A stretch of 64,000 nt of DNA from Octopus sinensis. Taxonomy: Eukaryota. The stretch spans positions 2,046,001-2,110,000 of the forward strand of contig NC_043005.1 in NCBI RefSeq assembly GCF_006345805.1. The letters run 5' to 3'. Shown one piece after another: positions 1 through 11,114 of this stretch; the first letter of the stretch is position 1; the number at the start of each line of letters is the position of its first letter. The notes under the pieces are model-generated. The model saw nothing but the letters and a program-made list of their open reading frames with translations, did no database searches and was not told the origin of the DNA. The translations under genes and the position numbers were made by a program.

Positions 1-69
1 TTAATTCTCATTTTAACAGAGATATTTACCAAAATTACATAAAAACATTCTTGAAATACTAAAGAGTAA

Positions 70-440
70 ATTTATTCAATAAAATCGCCATTTGGCTTCA
101 ACCACAACCACCAGACGACTTCAGAATCTCCTGCAACTCTTCTAGACAGTCTTCTTGTTTAAGTTGGTGAATGTTGACGTAATCCTTGCTTTCATTTCAT
201 CTTTGGTGTTACAAGGAATTTTGTTGGTCTCTCTCTCAACTGCGCCTCACACATAATAATGATGGGGGTTGCTGTCTGGGGAGTTAGATGGCCAGATGTT
301 AAGAGTGATATGGTCGCAGAAATTGTCTGACAGCCATGACTGTGTTCTTGTGCTTGTGTGGCATGGTGCAGAGTCCTGTTGCTAGACTTAGGGTCTTCCA
401 GCAGCTACCCTCTTGACCCAGGGCAGGACTACCTGCTTGT
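70..440 (-). mobile_element. Degenerate DD37D (maT/mori-like) mariner transposase C-terminal remnant
   Basis: Manual minus-strand translation gives WVKRVAAGRP*V*QQDSAPCHTSTRTQSWLSDNFCDHITLNIWPSNSPDSNPHHYYV...CRRF*SRL. There are 37 residues between the second D and the mutated third catalytic position. Stop codons present. Confidence 0.75.
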
Positions 441-467
441 GAGAAGATGAATGGAGGCAGGCAGTGT

Positions 468-635
468 GAGAAAGCACGCTATAAAATAAAACTACTGAAT
501 AATAATAATAATAATAATAATGAACACTTTCCATACAATAACCATCAGAGCATCACAACAAATCACAGCACATACCCAAGGCACACAGAGCTGCGCTCGG
601 TAGTGAAGTGAAAGCACGCTATAAAAATAAAACTA

Positions 636-697
<62 letters not shown>
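468..697 (+). mobile_element. Two tandem 5'-truncated 3' tails of a non-LTR (R4/Dong-like) element, each followed by (AAT)n
   Basis: Direct repeat aaagcacgctataaaa(a)taaaactactgaataat at 471 and 611, each running into (AAT)n. Same architecture as the RLE elements later in the window. Confidence 0.5.
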
Positions 698-699
<2 letters not shown>

Positions 700-1176
700 T
701 AAAAATTTTTTATCAGTCGCCAACATATAAAATACATCTATTAAGATGAATTCATTTATAGAGATTTATAACAGTATAAAATACAATTATAAACGCAAAT
801 GCAAAGCTCCGAACCCATACAAATAGCACAAATCTACCCACATCGAATTTCGTAGCCTATTTCAGTATTTGTGTCATTTGGTCAGATTAGTTTGCTTTTC
901 TGTGGATATGTATAAATGTTTGATTTATTTCCCTCAGTATGCTTTGCTGATGAGGGAAAGTCATTAGACTAATCCAGAAATTGATACAATCCAAGGCCAA
1001 CTGCATTATTTTATGAACTTCTGCCAGCCTACTCCCTCCATTTCAACACGTTTGTACTATAAAAGTGATGATTTTAAGTGGTTTGACGACGATTTAGCGT
1101 CTATTTTCAGCATATGCATGGTCTCTTCTATGCCATTAATTATAATCGTATTTTATACTATCATAAATCTGTCCCT

Positions 1177-1238
<62 letters not shown>

Positions 1239-1242
<4 letters not shown>

Positions 1243-2504
1243 TGTTGGACAAAATAACGGAAACATCTTAAAATTTCAAACAAATTTATTTTAATATGGG
1301 GTAGGACCGTCTTTGGAAGTAATAACAGCTTGAATTCTACGAGGAATGGACTCGTACAAAGTTTGAATTTTTTCCAAAGGATTTTTAGTTCATTCTTCAG
1401 CTAAAACACTCTCCAGTTCTTGTAGTGATGATTGTGGAGGATATCGACTCATTACCTGTTTTTCTAAAATGCACCATAAATATTCAATAATATTGAGATT
1501 TGGGGACTGTGGTGGCCAGGTAAGATGTTCAACTTCACTAGAACGTTCCTCGTGCCGTTCAATAACAACTTTAGCTGTGTGAATTGGTGCATTATCCGGC
1601 AGATTTCCAAGACATGGCCTCCCAGATCATCACAGATCCTCCTCCATGTTTAACAGTTGGAAGAATGCAGTCTGGGTCAAATGCTTCTTTTGGCTGTATC
1701 CACACGTATACTCGGCCTGTTGTCAGAAATAAGGTAATGCATGACTCGTCCGAGAAAAAGTTCTTCCACTGCTCTAGGGACCAATTCTGTAGGTTTTTAC
1801 TCCACTTTAAACGCTTCCTTTTGAAAGTAGTGGTCTTCTGATTGCAGCCGTCCTGTGAAATCTGGCTTTGTGCAGCTCCCGACGAACAGTTTTTGTGGAA
1901 ACTGGGTTCTTGAGGTGGTCATTAAGCTCTGCAGTAATTTTAGGAACTGTTTTTTGTGATCCTCTCTAACAATTCACGTAAGAGTCCGACGGTCCCTATC
2001 TGAAAGTTTTAGTTTTCATCCGGAGTTTTAGTTTCAACGAGGAAGATTTTCCATCTTTCTCAAAGGCTGTCATTACTTTCGAGATAGTACTTCTTGATGC
2101 ACCAAACATTTCGGCTGTTTTCGTTACGTTAGCGCCTGTTTTACTCTTTATTCGGCTATTTACGATTTTATTCCTTTGATCCTTTATAAACTGTGAATTC
2201 CCTGTCTAGAACTTTCATACATACTCACCAAACATTTTGGCTGTTTTCGTTACGCTAGCGCCTGCCATATGAGCACCAACAATTTGACCTCTTTGAAAGT
2301 CCGATACCGCTGTCATTCTAATGAATTTTAATTACCTTTTTCTGATGATATCTGAAAAGAAACAGCAATTTTAGCAAAACATATTCAGCAACACTAATAA
2401 TAAATCAAAAATATAAAAATAAACAAGCTTTTGACGGTTTTATAGATATTTCAAAATTATGATGCTATGATGCCAGGTGTTTCCATTGTTTTGTCCAAGC
2501 CTGG
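1239..2504 (-). mobile_element. Tc1-like DNA transposon (DD36E spacing), defective, TA-flanked
   Basis: Imperfect ~27-bp TIRs (cagatgttggacaaaataacggaaaca vs reverse complement ccaggcttggacaaaacaatggaaaca), both abutting (TA)n. Transposase motifs inside. Confidence 0.85.
1291..2316 (-). pseudogene. Tc1-family transposase pseudogene
   Basis: MTAVSDFQRGQIVGAHMAGASVTKTAKMFG (HTH), FFSDES, VMIWEAMSW, then a deletion, then DNAPIH...WPPQSPNLNIIEYLW. Contains an internal insertion and a deletion. Confidence 0.8.
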
Positions 2505-2539
2505 TATATATATATATATAACGGGAAGCTTTATGAAAA

Positions 2540-2760
2540 TAAACAAAAGACGAAGGCAGGTTTACGGAAATAAACAAAAGACGAAGGCAGGTGGAACACA
2601 AACAAACAATTGTATTAGTATGGCGCTCAGGAATATAAATAAAACAAGTCTTTTACGTTTCGAGCCTACGCTCTTCAACAGAAAGATACACAGAAAAGAA
2701 ACACAGAAAGGAGAGAAAAAATGCGTGCAGAAGCTAGCGAATCAACATGGCGATCTGGCG
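2540..2760 (-). mobile_element. Penelope-like element terminal repeat fragment
   Basis: Related copy at ~30340-30500. Carries a hammerhead-like motif, a hallmark of PLE pseudo-LTRs. No ORF, so the PLE assignment is inference. Confidence 0.5.
2649..2686 (-). ncRNA. Minimal type I hammerhead-like motif, variant core CUGUUGA
   Basis: Minus strand reads tcttt-CTGTTGA-a-gagc(gtag)gctc-GAAAC-GTA-aaaga. Stems I (tcttt/aaaga) and II (gagc/gctc) pair perfectly; stem III is the palindrome ACGU. Confidence 0.55.
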
Positions 2761-2976
2761 ATATATATATATATATATATATATGTATTATGACTACATT
2801 TTTGTATGTCATGTACTTCTAAATGTCTGCTTCTATATGTTTGCGTTTCATAAAATTTTTAAACATCCATCTCTGTATATTCACATACACGGACCTGTCT
2901 ATGTACGTCTCTCTTTTTTAATGCAAAGTAGTTCAGTGATTATCTTTTCATATCTTCATGTGTACGTTTGTCAAAG

Positions 2977-3052
<76 letters not shown>

Positions 3053-4061
3053 AAATGAGTGCTGTGTGTTTATAATAAACATTAACCCAATATTTGTTAT
3101 GCTATCATTACGAAAAAACAAACAAGAAAAGAAAAACGGATAATTGAACGGAAATATTAAACCATATTCCACGCTGAAAGTTCCCGCCTCGCAGACTGTT
3201 TCGCCCCCCCCCCCCCACCTTTCTCCTTTTCGCTTTTTCTTCTGTTTGTCTGTCTCTGTTTTGTTTCTCAATTTACTTTTGCTTGGTTTCGCTGTCTTGC
3301 CTCACTTTTTGTTTCTCTATTTCAGCTTAATGCAATATCCTAACATCAATGGACAACAACAACAACAACAGCAACAACAACAACAAGCAACGTAAGAGCA
3401 TTTCGAATATAAACAAGAAATTGTTCTAATTTAACCTGGGGGTGAAATTGATTGAGTTTTATATGGAGCAATGGAAGGTGTGTGTGTGTGTGTGTGTGTG
3501 CGGAATGATAATTAGAAAATGTAGGTGGAGAGGGAAAGAAGTGAGGGGACTGGAGGGTGGTGGGTAGCGATGATGTACGGAGGCTGAAAAGAATGGGGAA
3601 GGAGGAAGGAAGATGGGAAAGAATCCAACATAAAACACACAGACGAACAAACACACCTACAAACACGCAGAGAAGCGCCAACACGAACGATTACTTTTAT
3701 CAGTTTAATTAATTAATGATCGCTGATTATCATCCCTTCCTCTGCTTCTCTCAGTTTTCAATTATATTTTCTCTCTCTTTCCATATTTCACAGATTCTCC
3801 ATCGGCGACACGCACCGACAGAGACAGACAGACAGACAGACACACACACAGACGTAAAGTTTCCCCCTCTCTCTCGTACACACGTACAGAGAAACAAGCA
3901 GCGATACCCCCATGCAATTTCACCCCTTTATGGTTATGTTTACGTGCATGTTAGATGTGTACGTGTACATGTGTATGTGTGTGCATCTCACTCTCTCTAT
4001 ATACATACATACATACATACATGCATACATACGCACACCCACACACAATATATATATATAC

Positions 4062-4150
<89 letters not shown>

Positions 4151-4239
4151 ATAGAAAGAGAGAGAGGGAGAGAGAGAGAGAGAGAAACAGAGATAAAAGA
4201 ACTACATGTACACTTTGTTCATTTCATTGATTTTTAGAT

Positions 4240-4500
4240 ATTTGTACGGCTATATTGTAATTTTTTTTCTCATTCGTTTTTTATCGAACATATAGTTGAC
4301 ACTTAACTTTGCTCCCTTGAACTTCGCTTTCGCGTATTTTTCTAAATCAAATCACAAATAATTTTCTCTGAAAAATCCATGTACTATTTGCAGTAATGTC
4401 TCTATTTGTTTATGTACAAGATATAGATTGAGGTCGTCCATATACAAAAAATGATTATCCTCCCATAGTATTTGTATCCAAGTCCAAAGAGAGTAACAAA
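4240..4500 (-). mobile_element. R4/Dong-like RT fragment, degenerate
   Basis: NHFLYMDDLNLY...IETLLQIVHGF...FDLEKYAKAKFKGAKL...PYKYL parallels YMDDLKLY...FGLENCAKATFKKGKL...TYKYLG of the 42.8-44.5 kb ORF. Confidence 0.65.
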
Positions 4501-5128
4501 CCTGGTTTTCGTGGGTCTTGAAACAAGAGAACATTTTCACCGGGGAGAGACCTTGCCACTTGTTGGCGGCCATAATTAAGACACGGAATTTCAGTTTGGT
4601 TTTTAGAGCCAATACCATTTTAGTATTCAGAAGCATTTGATCGAGACTCAAAGTAAATGGACACATATCAGAGCCATTCCTAGTTAATTCCTTTGTCGTT
4701 GATAGTTACCCGTCTCATCCCTTTCGTATGAATCTGAGATTTGCGCCATTACTGCAGAAACAGGAAGTATTGAAGGGAATCTCGTTGGAGACTGAGTCAG
4801 CATATGTAGACGAGAACACTTTAATGGTATCTGATTCCGAAGAGGCAGAGGTGGTCGGCACCAATCTAAAGAATTACGAGTTGGTGATAGGTGTAGCGCC
4901 TAAGTCGGAACAGTTGGTGGGTGTACAATTGTGTCGGTCAGTGCATATTTGATGTTTGGTTCGGTGTGGACGGCTAGGAGGTTAAAAAATGGGACGAAGT
5001 TATGAGCAGAGTTGCCTGCTTCACCAAGGAACGAGATTTTGTCATTTCATTTTTTTACATATTTTTGATATCAAGCACATATTGTGTTCTAAATTTGAAG
5101 CATAATTATTTGCTGCTGTTGCTGCTGT

Positions 5129-5185
<57 letters not shown>

Positions 5186-5289
5186 ATGAATGTGAATTAC
5201 AGCAGGTCCGTACATTATTGCGTGTCAGCTCTTAAGAATGCATGCTGAAATATCTAGTGTTAATCGCTGGTAGCCTTGTAACAAAATCA

Positions 5290-5720
5290 TCATCATCATC
5301 ATTGTTTATTTCTCAGAACGTTCGGTCTTGTTTGTTCTGGTTGATTCTGTATGGGCGGACATCAATCTGCTGTCAGAGGTCTCACAGGGTCTCTTTCCAC
5401 ACATTATAAGCATTGATACTTGGTTGTTAATTACCGTGGGGGACACTCGACATCCAAGTACCAATCTGAAAATCCTAGCTGTCCCAAACAGAGCAGGTTT
5501 TAGGGTTTGCTCTGCTCTCATGTCAATTCCAATTTCTTTGACATATTTCTCAAACTTAGTCGTTATTGCTCCGAGTGCTCCTACAACTACTGGAATGACA
5601 GACACTCTCCTCAGAGCCCACATTCTTAGGCAGCGTTTGGGGTGTTGTGCCAGGGCAGTAATTACCACACGAATAATCTCTCACTGACTCTTAATATCTC
5701 TGTTTAGATCTTGCTTTTCT
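5290..5720 (-). mobile_element. R4/Dong-like 3' end (RLE C-terminus + 3' UTR)
   Basis: ORF 5306-5668 contains MWALRRVSVIPVVVGALG...ALFGTARIFRLVLG. Flanked by (ATC)n and (ATT)n. Confidence 0.75.
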
Positions 5721-5750
5721 CAATATCCCATTATTATTATTATTATTATT

Positions 5751-6345
5751 GAAGGCAATGAGCTGGCAGAATCGATGGCATGCCGAACAAAATGTTTAGC
5801 GACATCTCGTCCGTTTTTACGTTCTGAGTTCAAATTCCGCCGAGGTCTACTTTGCCTTTCATTCTTTCAGGCTCGATAAAATAAGAACCAATCAAGTACC
5901 GGGGCTCATGTAATCGACTTCCTTTACCTTTTCCCTTCAAAAACTGCTGGTCTTGTGACAAAATTGAAACCTTTATTATTTTGAAGGCGTCTCGCTAGCA
6001 AAGTTGTTATCATTCCGGTTAAAATACTTAGCGTTATTTCTTCCGGCTTTATGTTCTGAGTTCAATTTCTGCCAAAGTCGGCTTTGCTTTTCATTCTATT
6101 AGGGTCGATAAAATAAGTACCAGTGAAACACTGAATTCACAATAATCAACTAACCACACCCTCCTCAATTTCAGACCTTGGGGATTATCGTGAAGAACAC
6201 GAACCGAAAGAATCGTAAATGCGTCGAATAAAATGCTTCGCTGGATTTCTTTCGGCTTTTCGTTCTAAGTTCAAATGCTGCTGAGGCCGACTTTATATTT
6301 TATCATTTCGGGCTCAATGAAATAAGTGCTGAGATCGATGTAAAG
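5751..6345 (+). mobile_element. Three head-to-tail copies of SINE family A (~5751-5930, ~5983-6160, ~6195-6345)
   Basis: Repeated gaaggc..gagctggcagaatcg...gttctgagttcaaattccgccgagg...tttgcctttcat...gataaaataagtacc, with a B-box-like GAGTTCAAATTC. Confidence 0.75.
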
Positions 6346-6347
6346 AT

Positions 6348-6760
6348 AGGCGTAGGAGTGGCTGTGTGGTAAGTAGCTTGCTTACCAACCACATGGTTCC
6401 AGGTTAATTCCCACTGCGTGGCACCTTGGGCAAGTGTCCTCTACTATAACCTCGGGCCGACCAAAGCCTTGCGAGTGGATTTGGTAGACGGAAACTGAAA
6501 GAAGCCCGTCGTATATATGTATATGTATGTGTATGTGTGTGTGTATATGTTTGTGTGTCAGTGTCTGTCCCCCCAACATCGCTTGACAACCGATGCTAGT
6601 GTGTTTGCGTCCCCGTAACTTAGAGGTTCAGTAAAAAGACCGATAGAATAAGTACTAGTCTTACAAAGAATAAGTCCTGAGGTCGATTTGCTCGACTAAA
6701 GGTGGTGCTCCAGCATGGCCGCAGTCAAATGACTGAAACAAGTAAAAGAGTAAAAGAGTA
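6348..6760 (+). mobile_element. Full-length tRNA-derived SINE family B
   Basis: A-box-like tggctgtgtggt, B-box-like ggttaattccc, central domain gtggcaccttgggcaagtg...gatttggtagacggaaactgaaagaagccc, internal microsatellite, 3' stem-loop and (taaaagag)n tail. Fragments recur at 53.6 kb and 61.9-62.9 kb. Confidence 0.85.
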
Positions 6761-7305
6761 ATTAGCCGTCCTCCCACTAAGTTTGCTGGTTTTTTGTTAA
6801 AATTTGAAGCCATTATTATCCTTATTACTATTAATATTGTGTTAATTGTTAGGGTTATCTCTACACCCGGGGCGTGTTTGCCCCTTCATCAGTTCCCATT
6901 AATCGCCCTCAAAACATTACTTAAAGAGCCACAACACACAGCAGTGTAAAGTTATTGGATTGACCAATTTCACATAATAAACACTTTACTGGAAGCTGGT
7001 ACGTAAATACTAATGACGTGTAGGAACACGGTATTTCGTTACACAACCATTAATATACTATAAAATATGGTAAGCATCTTGTAAGTCAGTAGCGCCTTCT
7101 ACAAGTCATTAGTATTAATATTGTGGTCCTGTTGTTCTGACAATGAGTTATTGACCGTTAATTATAGTTAAGAGATTCTCTCTATAATTAGTTAACAATA
7201 GACAACCTCACAAGATCTTATCTGCCACGACAAAGTTGACTTTTCATTTTACCATCATTACGGCAAGAGTATTACAAATGTGTATACGGCTAGGCTGGAA
7301 AAGGC

Positions 7306-7351
<46 letters not shown>

Positions 7352-7353
<2 letters not shown>

Positions 7354-7566
7354 AGTAATACTAAGCAATAAAGGGTTTAGCAACGAATTGCCTTACCACA
7401 TACCGAATTTAGAAATAGCAGTCAAAGAGTTATAGCTATTTCTTCTACTAAAAAGGGAGATCTCATTTAGTAGAAGAAATAGCTATAACTCTTTGACTGC
7501 TATTTCTAAATTCGGTATGTGGTAAGGCAATTCGTTGCTAAACCCTTTATTGCTTAGTATTACTTA
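7352..7566. repeat. Perfect 101-bp-arm inverted repeat (fold-back palindrome), 13-nt spacer
   Basis: 7352-7452 is the exact reverse complement of 7466-7566 by eye. Spacer is aagggagatctca. Confidence 0.9.
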
Positions 7567-7631
7567 AATTTTCCTCGAATGAGGCTTTTACATGCCGAAG
7601 ACTACTTGGTGTAATTGATAATTATTCCAAA

Positions 7632-7656
7632 TTAATTAATTTCACCCTTCATTATT

Positions 7657-7697
<41 letters not shown>

Positions 7698-7702
7698 TAT
7701 AT

Positions 7703-7746
<44 letters not shown>

Positions 7747-7785
7747 TATATCTGACCCCTGATTGTAATTATGTATATAATTATA

Positions 7786-7822
<37 letters not shown>

Positions 7823-7898
7823 ATATATATATGATATATATATATGTATATATATATACATACATATATATACATATATATATATACATACATATATA

Positions 7899-7937
<39 letters not shown>

Positions 7938-8005
7938 CTACATATATATATGCATACATATATATATATATATATAATAATATATATATGTATATATATG
8001 TTGTT
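7632..8005. repeat. Complex (TA)n microsatellite
   Basis: Interrupted (TA)n/(TACA)n tract; source of the IYIY ORFs. Confidence 0.95.
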
Positions 8006-8011
8006 GATGTT

Positions 8012-11000
8012 GATTGTTGATTCTAGTTTCAGCTTATGAGCTGTGGCCATGCTGGGGCACCGCCATTTGGTGTTGCTACTTGGTTTCACTTCATGGAGGC
8101 TTTCTAGCAACTGCTATTTGGTGCATGAGAGAGTTCGATGCAGCTGCCCTCATCTGCCCCTCCTGCCGTGAAGTTGGTTCATCTGGGACACCTGACAGGA
8201 AGAGATCCAGCTTCATTTTAAAGACATCTGTATCCACCCCATGCAGGTCTCTCAGGTTCTTCGGGAGGATATTGAAGAGCTGTGGGCCTCGGAAGCCCAG
8301 GCTATCACAGAATCTTGTCCTACATCTTGATGGCAAGTTTGGAGTCCTAGGCACCACGCAGTGGCGCCCAGTTCTGGCATTTGCGTAACTCTCGATGCCA
8401 AAGTTCAGGACACTTCCCTCCAGGATCTTCCAGATGTATATATGGCATATCTTTCCCGCCTACGCTCCAGGGAATATAATTTTAATCTCTTGAGTCTTTC
8501 CCAGTAGCTTACATTCTGCATAGAGGCTATCTTCTTCGTGTAGCTTCGTTGGATCGCCTCAAGTTCTGTGATCAACTTGACACTGGATGGTGACCATAGC
8601 TGAGAGCAATAGTCAAAGTGGCTTAGGACAAGTGTCTTCCAGAGGACCATCATGGTTTCTTGTTCTCTTGTTCTAAAGGTTCTAAGAATCCATCCAGCCA
8701 GCCGTCTACATTTCATTGTCAGTTTAGCAACATGTACATGTACATAACTCATCATCACTCATGTGAATACCCAGGTCACGCACTGATTGGCCTCTGGGAT
8801 TGCAATCCCTCTGGGTCCAGTGTATTCATTGGGTATTGCATTCAGTTTTGCATGCTGATAGTATAAAGCTTGAAACTTTCCAGCATTGAACTGCATGCTA
8901 TTCTTTTCAGCCCATTTGTATATTTCGTCCAGCTCACATTGCAGGTGTTTAGTGTCCTCAGGGTTCTGTATTGCCTGTGAAACTTTTGTATCATCTGCAT
9001 AACTTGTGATCGTGGCTCTCTGTGTGGCTGAGGGCATGTCTGAGAGGGCCATTATGAACAGTAGTGGTCCCAGAACAGTGCCCTGCGGAACACCGCTCAC
9101 TATTTGTGTGTTAATGGAAGTGGCCCCATTGGCTACTACCACCTGACTTCTATCCTTCAGAAGTCATGAAGCCATTCTCCAGTTTTCCAACTATGTTGAG
9201 ATCACGCAGTTTGTGACATATCATTCCATGATCGACTTATCAAAGGCCTTTGCAAAGTCGAGATATATCACTTCCACATTTGAGTGGTTGAGCAGCCGTT
9301 TCAGCACCCAGTCATAGTGTTATAGGAGCTGAGTTAAACAGCTTCTCCCTGGTCGGAAACCATGTTGGGTGTCGGGCAGCAAGTCATTCTCTTCAAGGAA
9401 GGTGATCAGCTTCCTTCTGACTATTCGTTCCATGACCTTGCTGATGTGTGAGGTCAGAGAGATAGGTCTATAGTTCTTGGCTTCCGCTCTGCTACCTCCT
9501 TTATGAATGGGGCATATTTTACCTTCCTTCAGTTTTCCTGGAAGTTTGCCAGCTGCAAGGAAGCTCTGAAAGAGGAACTGCAGTGGTCTTGCTAGGACTC
9601 TCTTACATGCTTTTAGGAGGATTGCCGGGAATCCATCGGGGCCAGTAGCTGAGTCTGTTTTCATTTCATCTATAGCCTTGGTTACATCGTCTTCCTTTAT
9701 ATCGATGTAATCTATCGTCGCCGCCTCTGATTTTATATCTGCAGTGGTAAAAAAGTCAGTTGGATTGGGGATTTGGAGATGCCCAAGGGGTGGAGTGAAC
9801 ACACTCTTGAATTGCTCATTCAGTATTTCACTTACCCTCATTGGTTTTCCTGTAAGTGTGCCATCCTTTTCGAGGAGTGGCCCTATTCTACAGTGCACTG
9901 TAGCTGTTTCTTTGGCATACCTGTAGAAAGCTCTGGGGTTAGATTTTATGTTTTCTATAGCTCAGGCTTCTTTGTCTGCTCTTTCTTTTTCATGGGGGAG
10001 TTGCAGACATTTTTCGATTTCCAACAGTTTTATTTTTAGGCGGGACTTTTCACTGCTTTCAATCTGTTTGTTTAGGCGATTTGAAAATTTCGTACGCCGT
10101 CTCATTAAAATTTTCCTCTCTCTGGGGATTTTGTTCTTGTGTACAGTGGCCTTTCTCCCTGGGACACATTTGTAGCATATGGCTTGCATTACAGACATGA
10201 ATTGTTGAAGTTTCACGTCGATGTCTGGCGAGGAGAGACATTTAGGCCAGTTTTGTTTGAGGATCTCTTTCTCAATTGTTTCCAGTTGCCTTATGGTAGT
10301 TCAAGCTGGAAAGATTTTGAGGGTTTCTTGTAGGCTGCATGTCCATGCTCTCTTTTGGCCCGTACATGGTCAGCTCTATCATGTTGTGATCCGAGAGTAT
10401 GTCGGTGTCACTTTCACATTATGGATGAGATCCATGTCATTTGTGAAGCAGAGATCCAGTGTGTTACCTGCCCTGGTTGGTTGGAGTATTACCTGCTCCA
10501 TGTACAGGGTGTTGATGAGGTTCAGGAGGGACCTCGCCTGTCCTCGTTCACATCTTGTCATTCCTGGGAGAGAAAGGCCCTCGGGCCATCTGACATTGGG
10601 CAGATTGAAGTCTCCCATAAGAAGCACACCTATGTGTTGTTCTAATGTGGTTAGAACTTCTTCTATTTTTATAAGGCAGTCTTCAAACTTGCCCACATGG
10701 CTTGGGGCATCTGGAGGGCGATATGTAGCACACACAACTACATCAAGTTGCCTAATATGTACAATTAGTGTGTCACACACCGAGTTTGAGTATGACAAGA
10801 GGACCTGGGGTGTGAGGTCCTCACGGATGTACATAGCAACACCTCCATGACTCCTTTCTTTCCTGTCGGTCCGTAGTACAGCATACTGTGGTATGTGTAA
10901 CTCCGCATCTGCTATGTCCGGTTTCAGGTGCGTTTCCGTAAGTGCTATGCATAAGGCTTGATTGCATGCAACAAAGTCTCTCAGGAACGGGATCTTTGTC

Positions 11001-11050
11001 CTGTTACTGAGTGTTTGCAGTCCTCTGATGTTCAGTAGGAGCATCGAGGT
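8012..11050 (-). mobile_element. CR1/L2-group LINE ORF2 (APE endonuclease + RT), 5'-truncated, frameshifted
   Basis: EN: LLLNIRGL...IALTETHL...LLMGDFNLP...NTLDLCF. RT: NYRPISLTSHISKVMERIV...QHGFRPGRSCLTQL, GVPQGTVLGPLLF, YADD. C-terminus: YSLERRRERY. Split over ORFs 10379-11044, 9320-9898, 8759-9142, 8405-8758 and 8091-8357. 3' stem-loop and (tcaaca)-type tail at 8000-8066. Confidence 0.92.
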
Positions 11051-11114
11051 GAGGTGTATATATATGCATATATATATTTATATATATGTATATATATATA
11101 TATATATATATAGG

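Noticed and set aside
2747-4237. ORFs rich in YI/HT/CV/ER repeats (also at 7.6-8.0, 12.0-12.5, 25.6-28.1 and 57.5-63.9 kb)
   Set aside because: They are translations of (TA)n, (CA)n and (GA)n microsatellites, with no domain content.
4728-4952. 74-aa plausible-looking ORF
   Set aside because: No recognisable motif. It lies antisense and adjacent to a decayed LINE RT fragment.
6348-6430. Possible tRNA genes (also 19225-19300)
   Set aside because: These are A/B-box heads continuing into SINE bodies, with no complete cloverleaf.
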